From Amphiscolops sp. MND2022 (Eukaryota): 64,000 bases of DNA. Made by a program: the position numbers and the translations under genes. A model generated the notes under the pieces. That model was given only the letters and a program-made list of their open reading frames with translations, was not told the origin of the DNA and ran no database searches. Of this stretch, positions 1 to 12,299 are shown piece after piece. The stretch is from the NCBI GenBank assembly GCA_964187785.1, contig OZ076409.1, forward strand, positions 80,538,001-80,602,000, read 5' to 3'. How positions within the stretch are numbered: the first letter of the stretch is position 1; every line of letters begins with the position of its first letter.

Positions 1-2456
1 CGCGTGTTTCAAAGGGTGACTGATTTGAAATTATGAAAGTCAGCTCTGAAACTCGGATACAGGAATGAGAATGTACTGGTATTTATTTGTGGATGGTGGG
101 AAACAATTTGGCTGTTGGATAAAATGTTTTAGGCTTCAGATTTAAAAAAAAACAGTATGGCCCGAATGTGGATAGCGCATATCAAAGTACCGAAAACTGC
201 GGTATTTTTTGCTGTCATCTGTGTAACCAAGATAAAATGATGGAAGCGCACCCAATGGTAATTTCAATCCAATTTTAGTCTTGATATCGCGACTAGTCAC
301 TCATAAATTTTACGTACTCCGTATACATCATATGGTCATATTGAAGAAGAAACAGCTGAAAAACAAAGCGTTTGAAGTCTGAAAAAAATATGGGAAATGA
401 AAATTAATTCATTGAAAAATTCGTATTGCGATATTGGAACGAGCTGCTGAATGGACGCGGATGAATGAAAGCTGACACCCCTATTTGGCGGACCTTCACG
501 TGAATAATTCGGTGCTAGGAGAGGTTGCATTGTTTAATGAAGGCACCACTCGTTCACACGCATGTCAGTCCCACGTGTGGCGGCATTATTGGACATCAAA
601 GGCTACGAGTAGAAGGGAATGGAGGATGAATTACCGGGAGACAAGTAGAAGCATAGTCATGTCCCTAGAAAGACTTGAAAAAGGAACATTAAAGGGCCCC
701 GCTTCGCGTTATGAGCTGCTTTGCGTCCGGCGTAATAACATCTTCAGTCAAACACTTGTCAGACTGGTCAGGTCACGTGATCGCGTAACTACTCCTTCTG
801 GCGATGGGAGGGGAAATGTTGCGAACGTAGGAGAAAAACGGCGGGAGTAATGTTGCCAAAATGAAGGAGAAAAAACATGCTGTCTTGTTTCATCTGCAAA
901 CATCACAGCCGCCGCCGGCCGCATCCACAAATCAATTATTCACGCAAATGCACAAGATTAACTTTCATTTGTATCCATCTAAAATAACATCTAACGGCAG
1001 ACCATTGTGTGCTTTTTGTTCACACTTTGTATCATGTGTTAATATGGTCGGATCAGTAATGCATGTTTTTCAAGGTTATTTACCGAAAATTAATGTTTTT
1101 GGACATTTCTTGGCGTTTTCGAATTTTTGGTACAAAACTGGCTTTGCCAAATTATCAGTGGAAATTTGAAAAATTGTAAATAAATGATAACTTCATTTCA
1201 TCAAATCATGTGAAATAGAAGTCATGTTTGAAACGAAGCTTTGAGATTTAACCATGAAGCTTTGTTATACCGTTATGCAGAAATGGAAGTTTAGCTTATA
1301 AAATGGCGTTCACAAATTTAAAACGTTTTCAGAAATTCTTTTGTCAATCTTCGCATCAAAATTAGTTTTTGGAACTGTTGGTGGTTTGAGCATTTTTCGG
1401 TGTTGTAATTTCTATCGGTTAAGAATTATATCTAAAAACAAAACTGTTTTGCATTAAAAGGGGAACATGAAAAATATAATCATATATTGATTTCTACATG
1501 CAATACGTACGCAAAAAGATCATAGTTAATCTTCCATAATGCGCTTTACTCTAAAATAGGAAGAGCTAATTGATAATTATCGACATTCCTTTGGATGCTC
1601 AAAACCTAACACTTTCCAGTCGAGTTTTCCTCTTATTCCAATGGCAAATAATGCATATGGGAAAACACTTTCTGGCTTTTTCCCACTAAAATCAGTCAAG
1701 ATCGAATTTCACAATCAGAAAATAGTTCACACCAAACTGAAGAAAAAATTCAAAAAAAATTTCACACTGCCGAAAACCTAAAGGGGTCCCTTTACGCTCT
1801 TATTTATTGTACGTAATGTCTCAATTGAAATCATGGAAAATTAACCGTGACGGCCCACGTTTGCTTAAGGTTCCAAAAAGTAACGATTTTTATTTATGCA
1901 AAACAATTTAACAATTTAACCATTTTTTCAGTTCCAAAAAAAACACCCCAAGGGATACGCATACGACTCAGCTGGGTGACAACAAAACCAACCTATTTTG
2001 CTCCACATAAAACCTCTAACAACAAAAAAATGAGGAAAAAATTCGATTTTTTTAAATAGTACCGATAACCCCAGGGAATTCTCCAAGCTCGCGAAACGTT
2101 TGGTTTCTAGTCAACACAGAATGGGGTTCCGATAAAAACTAAATTTAGAAACAAAATACTTTCAATGGAAAAGTCAGCTTGGGTTACTTCGAATAAGTTT
2201 CCGAAGTCGGTGAAGCAATTAATGCATTTTTGACTTTGCACTTATTCTGTTTCGTAAAGACATAACTCATAAAGTAAACATAAAGTAACTTTGATACTCT
2301 AAACAGTGACAGTACCAATCAACTTAGCTGTATAGATTGCGGGGAGCGTCGTTGATCTGCTAAACGAAACGATAAGTCCAAATCCTTGCATCCACGATAC
2401 CTTTCTCAAGCGAAAATATCGCAATTATATGCAACATAAAAAATTGAAAAAATTGA

Positions 2457-3178
2457 CGTTGGAATTTCGAAACAATTTAAAATCACTTGTCCAACTGTAA
2501 AAATGCTCTTTAATACCCAGAGTTACCTGAATTGTTTTTACGAGACACTTCCAAGCTTTCATTTTCTTCAATACTTGGGTAGCAAAGTCCACTGATTTGG
2601 ATCTCTACTTGGTTGCGTCTTGGTAGGAGTTAAAACTGGTTATATTTAGCATACAGGAGATGTTTATAGTTAAGTTCACAACCACAATACAAGCGCCGTG
2701 ATATATAGAACAAGCTGAAACAAACTATTTAACTGAGTTGCAGGTATACGCCAAAATATGTAAAAGTAAATATGAAAAGCATACATTTAAGCAAGAATAA
2801 AGCATAGATTTACACGTGTTATTTGCTGTTCAACAATCAGCTAACTTCACAAATAGTTCTTTGGGTGTTACGGACACACACATAGCCCAAATATAGAAAT
2901 CATAAGACTTTAAATTAAATAAACAAAGAATAAAGTCCAAATAAAAACTGACTTTCAAAAAAGGAAACAAAAATGGGGCGTAGAACACAGAAAGAATTTT
3001 TTCCCTTCGATTTGCTTTGTTTTGATTTGGACAGTGTCTAGAGGTCGCATAATTGAGATTGGGTAAAAACTAGCGCTCAAATACACTTATACACATTTTA
3101 CAACACTTTTAGTTAAGCTTTTTTGAGCTAATAATTTTTTTGCGCTAAGGTTTTTGAATCTCGTTTGAGGAGCCAACA
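2457..3178 (-). repeat. Candidate 3' LTR of a BEL/Pao remnant
   Basis: On the minus strand TGTTGG begins at 3178, right after the end of the Pao integrase tail (GAGAACCGCGCCAGCAA|TGTTGG). A near-inverse end CCAACG (one mismatch from CCAACA) lies at about 2457-2462. Positions 2770-3016 of this stretch recur upstream of the integrase fragment. The left boundary is inferred. Confidence 0.45.
2770..3016. repeat. Direct repeat copy 1 of 2 (about 247 bp, about 90% identical to 3695-3941)
   Basis: ATATGAAAAG[C/A]ATACATTTAAGCAAG...TTCCCTTCGATTTGCT occurs at 2770-3016 and 3695-3941, with about 24 differences counted by eye. Confidence 0.9.
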
Positions 3179-3199
3179 TTGCTGGCGCGGTTCTCAGAT

Positions 3200-3694
3200 T
3201 GAAAACGCTTATCGAAAACTGGCGCCAATCTTACTAAGAACGTTTAAAAGTACCATCATGAGATTTGATTAGCACTGATCACACTACACCATCTTTTCCT
3301 GGGTACACTTCTTTGATTCGTGCCATCTTGTAATGAGATCTTTTCACATCAACCAACCACGCCAAGTCACCAACTTGAACATTGGCCACTGCTTTGTTCA
3401 ACTGGGTTCTGACACCTGACACTGTTTTGTGTAAGATATTATGTAATCTTTCTTTTCCAAATAATATCGGCACAAGCTTGACATGATCGCATCATTTTCC
3501 GAATATTGGAATATATTTCAGCATCAGGAATAATGGGTATACAAACATTCACACGTCCCAAAATAAAAAGAGGCGTAAGTGCCTCTAAATTTGAGGGATC
3601 ATCTTTTGATGGAGTAATACCACGAGCGTTCAGTGTTTCCTCAACCAAGCACATTGTTGTAGTCAAAAACTCAACTGTCATTGAAGGACCTAAT
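3200..3694 (-). pseudogene. pol: BEL/Pao integrase C-terminus and downstream (DUF5641-like) domain fragment
   Basis: Minus-strand pieces read FLTTTMCLVEETLNARGITPSKDDPSNLEALTP..ILGR...QACADIIWKR and VQVGDLAWLVD....YKMARIKEVYPGKDGVV. These match the LNxRPLT..DP.D.EALTP..FLLGR / GDLV / GRI.EV.PG.DGVVR motifs at the end of Pao pol. Frameshifts and stops are present. Confidence 0.85.
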
Positions 3695-3941
3695 ATATGA
3701 AAAGAATACATTTAAGCAAGGATAAGGCAAAGATTTACACGTGTTATTTGCTGTTAAACAATCAGCGAAGTTCACAAAAAACTCTCTTGGGTGTTACAGA
3801 CACCGACATAGCCCAAATATAGAAATCATAAGACTTTACATTCAATAAACAAAAATTAATGTCCAAATAAACATTGACTTTCAAAAAAGGAAACAAAAAT
3901 AGGGCGTAGATCACAGAAAGAACTTTTCCCTTCGATTTGCT
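3695..3941. repeat. Direct repeat copy 2 (probable LTR fragment) joining the Gypsy env remnant to the Pao fragment
   Basis: About 90% identical to 2770-3016; abuts the env-like reading frame at 3942 and the Pao IN fragment at 3694. Confidence 0.85.
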
Positions 3942-4665
3942 CCAAGCACGCACTTATCGGGTTCTGCCCATATGTAGGCGTAAGGGTCCAATGACGTTGT
4001 TCCGCAGCCAAGTTGTTCAAAAGGGCAAGGAAGAACCATTTGAAACGGGGTGAGAATTTTGCCGTCATGGGTTTTGACTGATAACTTTGCGTCATAAATA
4101 TGAGATTCGAAGGTTTCGCGTTTGATCCATCCACCAGTCTTGCACTCATTGCGGGTATCTACATCGAGTGCTCCGTCCCAACTTTTTCCATAATTTGCGT
4201 TTCTTGTCTGTACTTGTTTCGTGCCTTTCGTAAATTTGAGGGATGGGTTAGGACTTCTCAGCCTCCACCCATAACTTTACAACTTTCAGGTGACAGGGAA
4301 AGATCGCTAGTGATTCCGTTGTGTAGAATTAATATACTGGCGTGGTCATGATGACAACAATGCCGTTCTTTACACTGATGTTTTACAAAGCACATAGTGG
4401 CGTTTATAGTGCGGAGGAAATGTTCAGTGTATAACGTCACGCTCGAACGACTTGCTTCTAAGTTTTCTGGTGCCACATTGCATTGCTCTACTTGATTCAA
4501 CGCGTAGAGCTTATTTTGGGTCATTTCGCCGCAGTCGAAATAAGTAACTCGCAGTTGTTTAGCAACGCTAGTGAGATTTGGCACTGGACGTAGTGATATT
4601 ACAACGGGATCCTAATAGACACATAGGAGAAAGAAGAACAATATTTTCTTTTTGGAAATCTTCAT
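3942..4665 (-). pseudogene. env: Envelope-like glycoprotein N-terminal half of Gypsy element A (Cys-rich, chuvirus-G-like pattern); truncated
   Basis: ATG at 4665 gives MKISKKKILFFFLLCVY*DPVVISLRPVPNLTSVAKQLRVTYFDCGEMTQNKLYALNQVEQC...ATMCFVKHQCKERHCCHHDH...SPESCK. After a frameshift it reads TRNECKTGGWIKRETFESH...LPCPFEQLGCGTTSLDPYAYIWAEPDKCVL. It has a signal-peptide-like start, many Cys, and sits downstream of pol on the same strand. Confidence 0.7.
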
Positions 4666-7600
4666 TCTGTTCCCGTCAAATCAAGCACAATGTTTTGTTT
4701 AGAGATGCGGACACGTTGTGAGGCCGTAAAACGGCAAGCCGTTATAACAAAGCAGCAACTTAGTGGGCACTGCACTAAGCAGAGGTTTAAGTTTTATAGT
4801 AGTAACCTCACTATTGTTCAATCGTGCCGAAATAGAATTGTGAAAAAGACTTACTTGAACCATTTGTGAAGGTTCTATTGTGATTATCGCGGATTGATGG
4901 TGAATGTGATGGAGGTATGCAACTTGTCGGTATTCGGTCAAAGCGTGGACGAGAACTGCAGCGTTTTGTGAGTCAGTATCAGTTAGACAGTGTCCAGGGT
5001 GGTGAGGTCAGAGGCTGTGGTTTTCTATTTGGATCGTGGAAGCTGGTTCTCTCCAGGCAATGGAAAGGGTTTCAAGAAGCGTGATTGTTTCCGGGTGACG
5101 CCAGAAAAAATTTAAGTGGATTTTAAACATCGTAGGTGTCGACAAGGGGATGTATATTTTTGATGCGGACTTCTTCTTTGAATGTGTTGGCTACAAGCGT
5201 TATATCCATAAAATAAACTAGGTCGTCGAAAGCTTCGTCTTTGAGGTCATCTGGGTGTTGAAGTTTGTGCTGTTTGAAAGTGAAGAAGAGATGAGCGTAT
5301 TCCTTCGATCCAAAGTGGATGGTAAAAGAACTAAAGCCTCCGTATTTTCCGCGGTTTGTATGCTAACTTGTATAGCTGTTGTTGTGATCTCGTAAAAGAG
5401 TGACTGTATTTTCTAGTTACCTTTGAGTTGAATGAGGTTCCAAGGGATTGGAGGTTGAAAGTGAGACTGGAAGTAGGTTTTGTCGTCACAGGAGATGGTA
5501 ACGTTAGGAGGTGACATCAAATGACTGACTTGGCCCGTGTGAAGACTTCAGTAGGTGTGTTATTGTAGAGTAAACTTTCCAGGAGGCGGTAGATTGGCGA
5601 TGAAGGTTAATAGGTGTAAATTTCACTTTCTTCCTCTGCAATGGCCTAAGCGTGAACGATGATGTTCTGCGTTGAGGGCTCGTTCTGCATATTGGTGACT
5701 TGTGAATGGCGGTTGTCGATGTTGAAGATAATGATCATCAGTGCCGTCTGGAGTCAATCACTGGCCTTCATATATCATAGCAACGCTGAGAGTGTAGCCA
5801 TTAGTTATTTCATTGCTTTCGGGAATCAGATAAATTTTGAACTTGCACTCGCGATGGGTAGCTTTTGAGGTCTAATTACCTTGTGGTGGCCCAAACGGAG
5901 TGCGTAAAAAAACGAAATTGTTTCTTGAGTGTTTGAATTTAGTCAAGTTAGAGACATTACATGAAAAATATTAGATTCATTTAGATATAGATTTACTGCA
6001 CTATGTGTTCGGTTTCTGGCTTGAGGGTCGATAGGCCAAAGGCTCTGCGTGTGCTTGGTGAACTTCGGGTTGGAAAATGTAGGCATTTATTCTATCCGTA
6101 CCAGCTGCTAGTAAGGGTTGTGTTCTAACATGATAGGCCTGAGGAGAGTCCTCGGCTTTCTAAACATGTCTAATTTGTTTCTCTGTTGTAGTATCGAAGG
6201 AAAATGGGGAATCAAATTAACTTCGGCGAAAGCCAAGCTCAAGAGGATGTCACCCTTGAGGGGCGTGCGTCGTCCTCGCGGTTTGCTAATAGCGGGGGAG
6301 ATAGAAAACCCAGACAATGAGACCTTCGTCCGCTGATTGGAAGATTGTGTGCAGAGGACTCGGTGGACGAGAGGTTTCCGCAATTTCGTGGTGGTTGCTG
6401 CGCCGAAATCGGATAGATTTGTGTCTTTCTTGATGCAATAACTCGGGGGCCAGTGAGAGGCACGACTCCTAGCCCAGCAGGGAGAAGTACTGCTGTTTCG
6501 GCTCAAGAGTTTCATTCGTGGATATTCCCGGCTGACTACATTCAAGCGGGGGCAATTTCGTCCTTCATGTTATGGCCCGTCTGCCTGGACCAACGCTGAG
6601 CGGTTCCAGCAGTTAAAAACGATCGTGGAATTGTAAAGATTCTTAGAAGTGGAGTGGGTCCGTTAGGCCTCTTCACTCTAGTTGTTTTTCAAGTTTCTAC
6701 CTGCTTCAGTCTTGTGTGGCCTTTTAGTAAAGCCTTTGCGGGATTGCACAAATACTTCCCCTGTAAAAATCTGATAAAGCATATTTCTATTAAGAGAATA
6801 TAGCAGACTAGGAGCTGGGCGAGAAGATAGTAGAGCATCAGAATAGGTCTTTCTGAGTATTAGGTAGGGAAGCTTGTAGGTCAGGTAGTAGGATAGGCAT
6901 ATAGCATAGGAGTTCTTCTAGGATAGGGTCGTGGTGTGTGACCGCGTAGGAGGCTAAGTGTTGGTATAAATGGGTGAAACACCTGAATTCTGGATGCAGA
7001 CGAAGAATTGATTTTCTGAGCTTGTGTTTTTTGTGTTGACATGTGTCTGGGCCCTTGGAATGAAATCAAGTTCTAACTATATTGTTCTAGTATGTTCAGC
7101 AGAATTTTGTAAAGGTAATTTGTAGGATCCCCAAGGATTGGAGTTCTCTGTAAATTTAGATCAACTTTATTACATGGCATGACGAGGGTTACGCCTTGTA
7201 ACCAACTCAAGTTTTTCCGCGAAGTATGCACTGTGGCGTTGGTTAATTTGGTTGCCGGGGTTTCTTTCAATGTGTCAGGCTACCCCCCCTCTTCTTAGTT
7301 CTTATAAGGGAGTAGTCAACGTGAACGAAGACGTCGGAGTATTGGTTTACGCAACCGGTGTCGATCGTTTCTGCGTTAATGTTAGGATAGGGGTTGTTGA
7401 ACCTGGGGGACGAGATATAGAGGGTTGATCAGGAGTCGTTGGTGTTACCAACAATTGATTTTCCGGAGAATTGATGCCAGAGTCCATGCTCTGTGAAGTT
7501 CTTACTCGTTTACGGCGGAGCGTCTGGCTTTGTCGGTTTTGAACTGGTATTTTGCAGTGATCCCCGTGGTTTTGTGGTTCGGAAACATTAGGCTTTTCGA

Positions 7601-7744
7601 TTCTATTTTTGACCAGTTTATTATAAAAGAGTGTGTCTCCACGGTGAGGGGTTGTGTACTCTTCGATAAGAGGCAAAGTGTTTCCTCTTTGGAGAAAAAC
7701 TCTATTAAATGATTTCTTTGGACTGTTCGAAAGTTGTTGTGATT

Positions 7745-8832
7745 TTAGTCGTTCTTTAATCGGTAGGTTGTGTTGGTAATTCGTTTTGGAACTGTAAAAT
7801 GTCCCAGGCGCAAATGTTGTAGTTTCTGATTTATGGAGCGATCCCCTTGGTTGTTTTCTAGCAGACTTTTTTTCCGACGTTGAGAGGACTTCCGAGTTTG
7901 ACACTGTTTCTCTAGGCGTGTGATCGAGCAGATTTTTTCTGATCTGCTTTTTTCGTATGTGGATGTGTAGACCTTCTTGAAGGCTGTTTTTATTTCCAGC
8001 AAGCTTTGTGATAGTTGTGGTCGTAATATGCCGTTCAGTAGTTGGTGTTTGACTTGGTTCTCGCTATGGCATTGGGGAGCTGTTCCTTTACAAAATAGCT
8101 TCAGACTCATAAGTATCTGTGATTTGTTGCAGTAGACAATTTGGTATGGAGTCTTTTCCGTTGTGTAGTTGACACTAGTACTATGGGCAAAAACAAATTT
8201 AGCTGTGAAGGGAGCGCAGTTGTTGCCAGACTTGTTTAGGAAGGTTCTCCAGTATCGTGCAATATGTTGATTTTGGGTTTCTATCTTGTCGTTTGTCCTA
8301 GGCGAGTTTGCCGTTCTTGGTCTGAGGGCAATGCCGAAAATTTTAGTCCAATTAACGAACTCGTGTGTGTTCACGAAGGCTGTTCCTCTCTCGTGTATGA
8401 TGGATTGTGGGATACCATAGTGCATGATCTCTTTTAACATCCCGTGGATTGTAGATTGGGCTCCGGTGTCTGTAACTGGGTATGCAATCAAGTTGCGTGA
8501 AAAGGCGTCAATGATTAGAAGGCAATGCGAGTATCCATGACTAGGTGGATTGAGTAGTCCCTTGTTATGAAAGTGAACGGTCCTGAATAATTGAGTTTCT
8601 GTCTCGCAGTTTTCAAGCGGAACTTCGTTGTTCCGGCGTTGCTTGGACTTGATTGATTGGTAACTAACGCAATCTTGTGCGAGGGCGCAAATCCAGTCAT
8701 GCATCCCTGCCAGTAGTAAAATCGTTTTGCGTTTAGAAAAGTTCTCTCTGCACCTATGTGGCCTTCGAGGTCACTGTTATGTCCCATTTTGAAACAAGCT
8801 AGAATTAGTGAGAGAGGTAAGCAGACTCTCAT
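7745..8832 (-). pseudogene. pol: Gypsy integrase (HHCC zinc-binding region plus core), inactivated
   Basis: GHNSDLEGHIGAERTFLNAKRFYYW (8515-8832), then after a frameshift DCVSYQ..K...FRTVHFHNKG...LLIIDAFSR...YGIPQSIIHERGTAF...SPRTNDKIETQNQHI. The first two DDE acidic positions are altered (expected HID reads HFH, expected HDRG reads HERG). Confidence 0.9.
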
Positions 8833-9649
8833 ATTTGTTTCTGCCGGATCGTCCGCTGGCTCATTATTACAAAGAAGATTTTGGTGTTCTTTTATAGTTA
8901 GTCTGTCGAACTCTTAAAGGAACGCATGAGGCCTTCGAGTGTTGTAACTATGGTGAGTTTGGTATAGGCTTGTTTCCCATTTTATCTGAAATTGAACCAC
9001 ACTGAGCACTTGGTCATTTATTTGTTTCTGTAAAATCGTTGTAACATTGAGTTCTAGTTCTTTAGATATTTTATTGAGTTGGCAAACAAGTTCTAGTGCT
9101 GAAGTTTTGTGCTTTTCTGTAATGATTTTATGGAGATCGAGATTTTCTATCTTCTATTGCTTTATCTTTTTCAGAGGTACGTTGGTTAGGTTCTGCGAAG
9201 TCTTCTGTAATCAGCTCATAGTTGGTTTCGTTCACATCTTGACGTTCATCTTCTTTGAGAGCTTCTTCGTCCGCGTCGCTGCTGATAGAGCTGTAAGTAT
9301 TTTCTGATAAATCTGAAGTGCTATACCGTGTGCCGTATCCGTCTCTCAATTCTTCGTACTTTCGTAGTTGCTTTCCAGCATCGAATAATTTTTGTGCAGA
9401 TTCTAATTTTGGCAGATTAGGTTCCTCGTAAACATTGTTGACCGTGAAGTTATTTTCATCTTTGTGGAGATGAGGTAATTTCCGTTTTTAACCTTTCTCG
9501 TACAAGATTGAGTAGAAGTTGTTCCTTGGGTGTCTCGTCGTTTTCTTTATGTTTTATTCTGTAAAGTACTGAGGTACTATGTTCGTCGAACAAGTGTATG
9601 TAGTGAGGTAGGATTTTGAGGCTGAGTTGTTGCTTTTTATGTTCTTCGA

Positions 9650-10900
9650 TGGAGACATTGCGGCTGAGTTTTTTCAGGAAAAACAGCGTTGCTACGAGGG
9701 TCCATCTAATTTTCAGATTTGGGAATTTGGATATGATTACTTAGTACCTGAAGAAACGTGGCGAATCCTTTCCTTTTGCCCCCAGAGACATAAAGGATTG
9801 GCTTGTGGTCACAGTATAAGTAAATTGGGAAGCGAGATCCGATGGTGTAGTGTTCGTACGTTTGAAGTGCGGAAACTATGCCACGTAGTTCTCTGTGTAG
9901 TGTGGACACCTTTTGTTCTTCTTATACAAAAACTCTTGAATTAAAGGAAATGATCCGCTTCCCTTGTGGAAATTGCTGTAACAGGATACATCCGGCTCCT
10001 GCGTTAGACGAATCGGCGTGTATGTGGAAGAGGAACTTTGTTGAGGGTACCGTAAGGACTGTGTCTTCGCCGATTCTCTTCTTTGTTTCTTAGAAGAGGG
10101 CTTCGTGTTCTTGGTTCCAACAAAAATTTGTGTCCTCCTTGGTGAGTTCGTAAAATGGTCTGCTATTGACATGGAGATTCTTGATGTAGCAGTTGTAAAA
10201 TCCCAGAGCCCCAAGGAAACTTTTCACCTCAGTTTTTGGTTTTGGCGATTTTAGGTTATGTAGGTGTCTGACTCGTTTAGCTACAGGTTGCATTCCTTCT
10301 GCTGCTATCACGTGCCCAGGAACTTTACTTTCCGAAAGAAAAAGTGAGTTTTGTCGGGTGTGGCCTTTGATCCGGCTTTTCGCAGTAAGTTATGATAATT
10401 TTGGGCTACCGTGAACGTTTATTGTTTGGTTTTGGCTTACAACAACGTGTCGTCAGTGTAGGTAATCGCTTGTTTCTTCTTGATTAGGGGTTCGAAGTGA
10501 ATAGTCATCATACGGCTGGAAAAACTTGGCAGTTTTTTCAATCCAAAGAATCCTTCTGTAAATGTATTCTGTTTCCCTCGTACAATGAAGATGGTGAGTT
10601 TCCGAGTAGGCTCGTTTCATGGGACTTCATGGAAGGCGCTAGAGAGATCACTTATTGAGAAGATTTTCCAGTTGATGAGTGTCGTTATGGTTTGTATTGG
10701 ATCCAAAGGCCAGAAGTAGTCCGTCAGGTCTATTACTGAATTTAGATATCTTGCGTCTATGATCAGCTTAACATAGTCGTGGCTTGGTTGTAGGATAATG
10801 GAATTTACGAATAGTGATCCCATTTCGTCACAATCGCCCATTTCCCAGAGTATGTCTGCATTTTTAAGCTGTGTAGGTAATTTTTCTAGCTTTTATCGTT
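9650..10900 (-). pseudogene. pol: Gypsy reverse transcriptase and RNase H, fragmented
   Basis: VKLIIDARYLNSVID...WPLDPIQ...FSISDLSSAFHEVP; YTDD (YxDD) at 10449-10460; LKSPKPKTEVKSFLGALGFYNCYIKNLH; STLHRELRGIVSALQTYEHY...YCDHKPI. Confidence 0.9.
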
Positions 10901-11352
10901 GTTGTAGAGGTACTTTGCTGGTCTTTGTCTTTCTAGAATTGCTCCAGGTTCCAGGTGAAAGTTGAATCTATGCCTAGTTCTCCCAACGTCGAATTTGTGT
11001 TGAGAGTATACATCTCTTGCACCCATTAGTAGGTCTATTAAGAGAACAAGTTCATCGTCAGTAAGGTCAGAGTAGCAAAAATCGAATTCTTTGATGTATC
11101 ACACTAAGTCTTTGTTCTGGTATTGTAGGTAGGACTCGATCAGTCGTTCGTTGTCTCCTTTAGGCCTGAAGTTTTCTAATGCTCGTCGCAAGGTGGTTGA
11201 CAGGACTTTGCGTCTCTTGTGAAATCTGTCTCCAGTTCTCCGTGTTTGGGAGTGATCTCCTAGGAAAATTGTTGTGTCTCATTTTCTAGTGCATTTTCGG
11301 GGTCTCTTCTCGTAGTCATAGCATTTACATCTAGTTCATTCCTTGTGTTTGT

Positions 11353-11676
11353 TTGTAGTTGTATTTCTGAGTAGGCAAATACGTCCTGGATGAGTTGAGT
11401 TCCATTGGAAGTCTTCTAGCTCGGAGGCTTCATGTAACATGGATATCGTCCTGAAACCGTTCATTTTGGCGTGCGCTTTCAGCGTTTCCAGAGGTTAAAC
11501 TGGTATTTGTGGGTCAGTTTCGTCTTTGGATTTAGCCAGTAGGGTATGGCCTCTCCTTTATGTGGTTTATATTTGGAGCAATTGTACTTTAGTAGGGGTA
11601 CGTTTCTAAGAATTTCTTTAGAAAAGCCTTTTGCTGGTTTTAAATCCGCAGGGACAAAGATGATGATAGGGTCTGG
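11353..11676 (-). pseudogene. TARG1/Poa1p-like macrodomain remnant between protease and RT
   Basis: PDPIIIFVPADLKPAKGFSKEILRNVPLLKYNCSKYKPHKGEAIPYW, then after frameshifts LETLKAHAKMNGFRTISMLHEASELEDFQW and QLIQDVFAYSEIQLQ. This follows the AHCISxDxxMGAGIA...LEAMKxH...ISMPxIGCGLDxLxW...IxEVF layout of TARG1-type macrodomains. Confidence 0.55.
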
Positions 11677-12299
11677 TCTGCTGAGGGTTTTAGTTGAGTT
11701 TTCTCCTTCGATTCTAAGGCAATCGTTCATATCTTGAAAAGGGATCGTAGACTGTAGTAGAAAACAGATGTTGTATTCCTCGCTTTCGTTGAGGATGGCG
11801 TGTGCGAGCTCTGTCGGTTTTCTAATTTGATATTTTGGGATTTCTATGGCTAGGACGTCTATCGTTGAGTAACCAATTGAACCTTTTACTAGGGTGATTG
11901 TATGGTTTTTCTTGTTTTCCTTTAGAATTGGCAAAGTCTCTTCAAATCTTGTGCAGAGATCTTTTATAAAATTGAGTCCTGTAGAAACTGCTTCAGTTGG
12001 GTAGAAACGTAGATCCGGGAGGAAAGGAATTCTTAGCGTTTTCAGGAGCACATTTATAGCATCTTGTTGGCTTCAGTTCGATGTACATGGAGTGAAAGGT
12101 TAAAATTTGGAGTGTTAAAAACTGGAAATACAAATGGATAAAAATTGTTTAATTGACGACTAGTGTAGCAGAAAGTATTTAGAGGTCTCTTGAGCTCTCT
12201 ACCGGGAAAGTCGAAGTGTTTTTTGTGGATCTGTTCTTCGCAGAAATTCATTCCAAGTAAGTTTTGTGTTTTGAGGTAAGTTATGTTGACCATCCTAGT

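Noticed and set aside
1755-1795. Repeat motif CAC(A)GTGCCGAAAA shared with 56440-56580 (opposite strand)
   Set aside because: Probably fragments of a dispersed repeat family, but too short and diverged to define boundaries from this window.
336-2059. Short ORFs (60-121 aa) in the first 2 kb as genes
   Set aside because: No recognisable motifs, mostly non-ATG starts, and lengths expected by chance.
7262-7300. PPT and 3' LTR start of element A (AAGAAGAGGGGGGG on the minus strand)
   Set aside because: It is followed by TAG rather than TG, nothing to its left matches the 14910-15290 region, and an env-like gene lies further downstream on the same strand.
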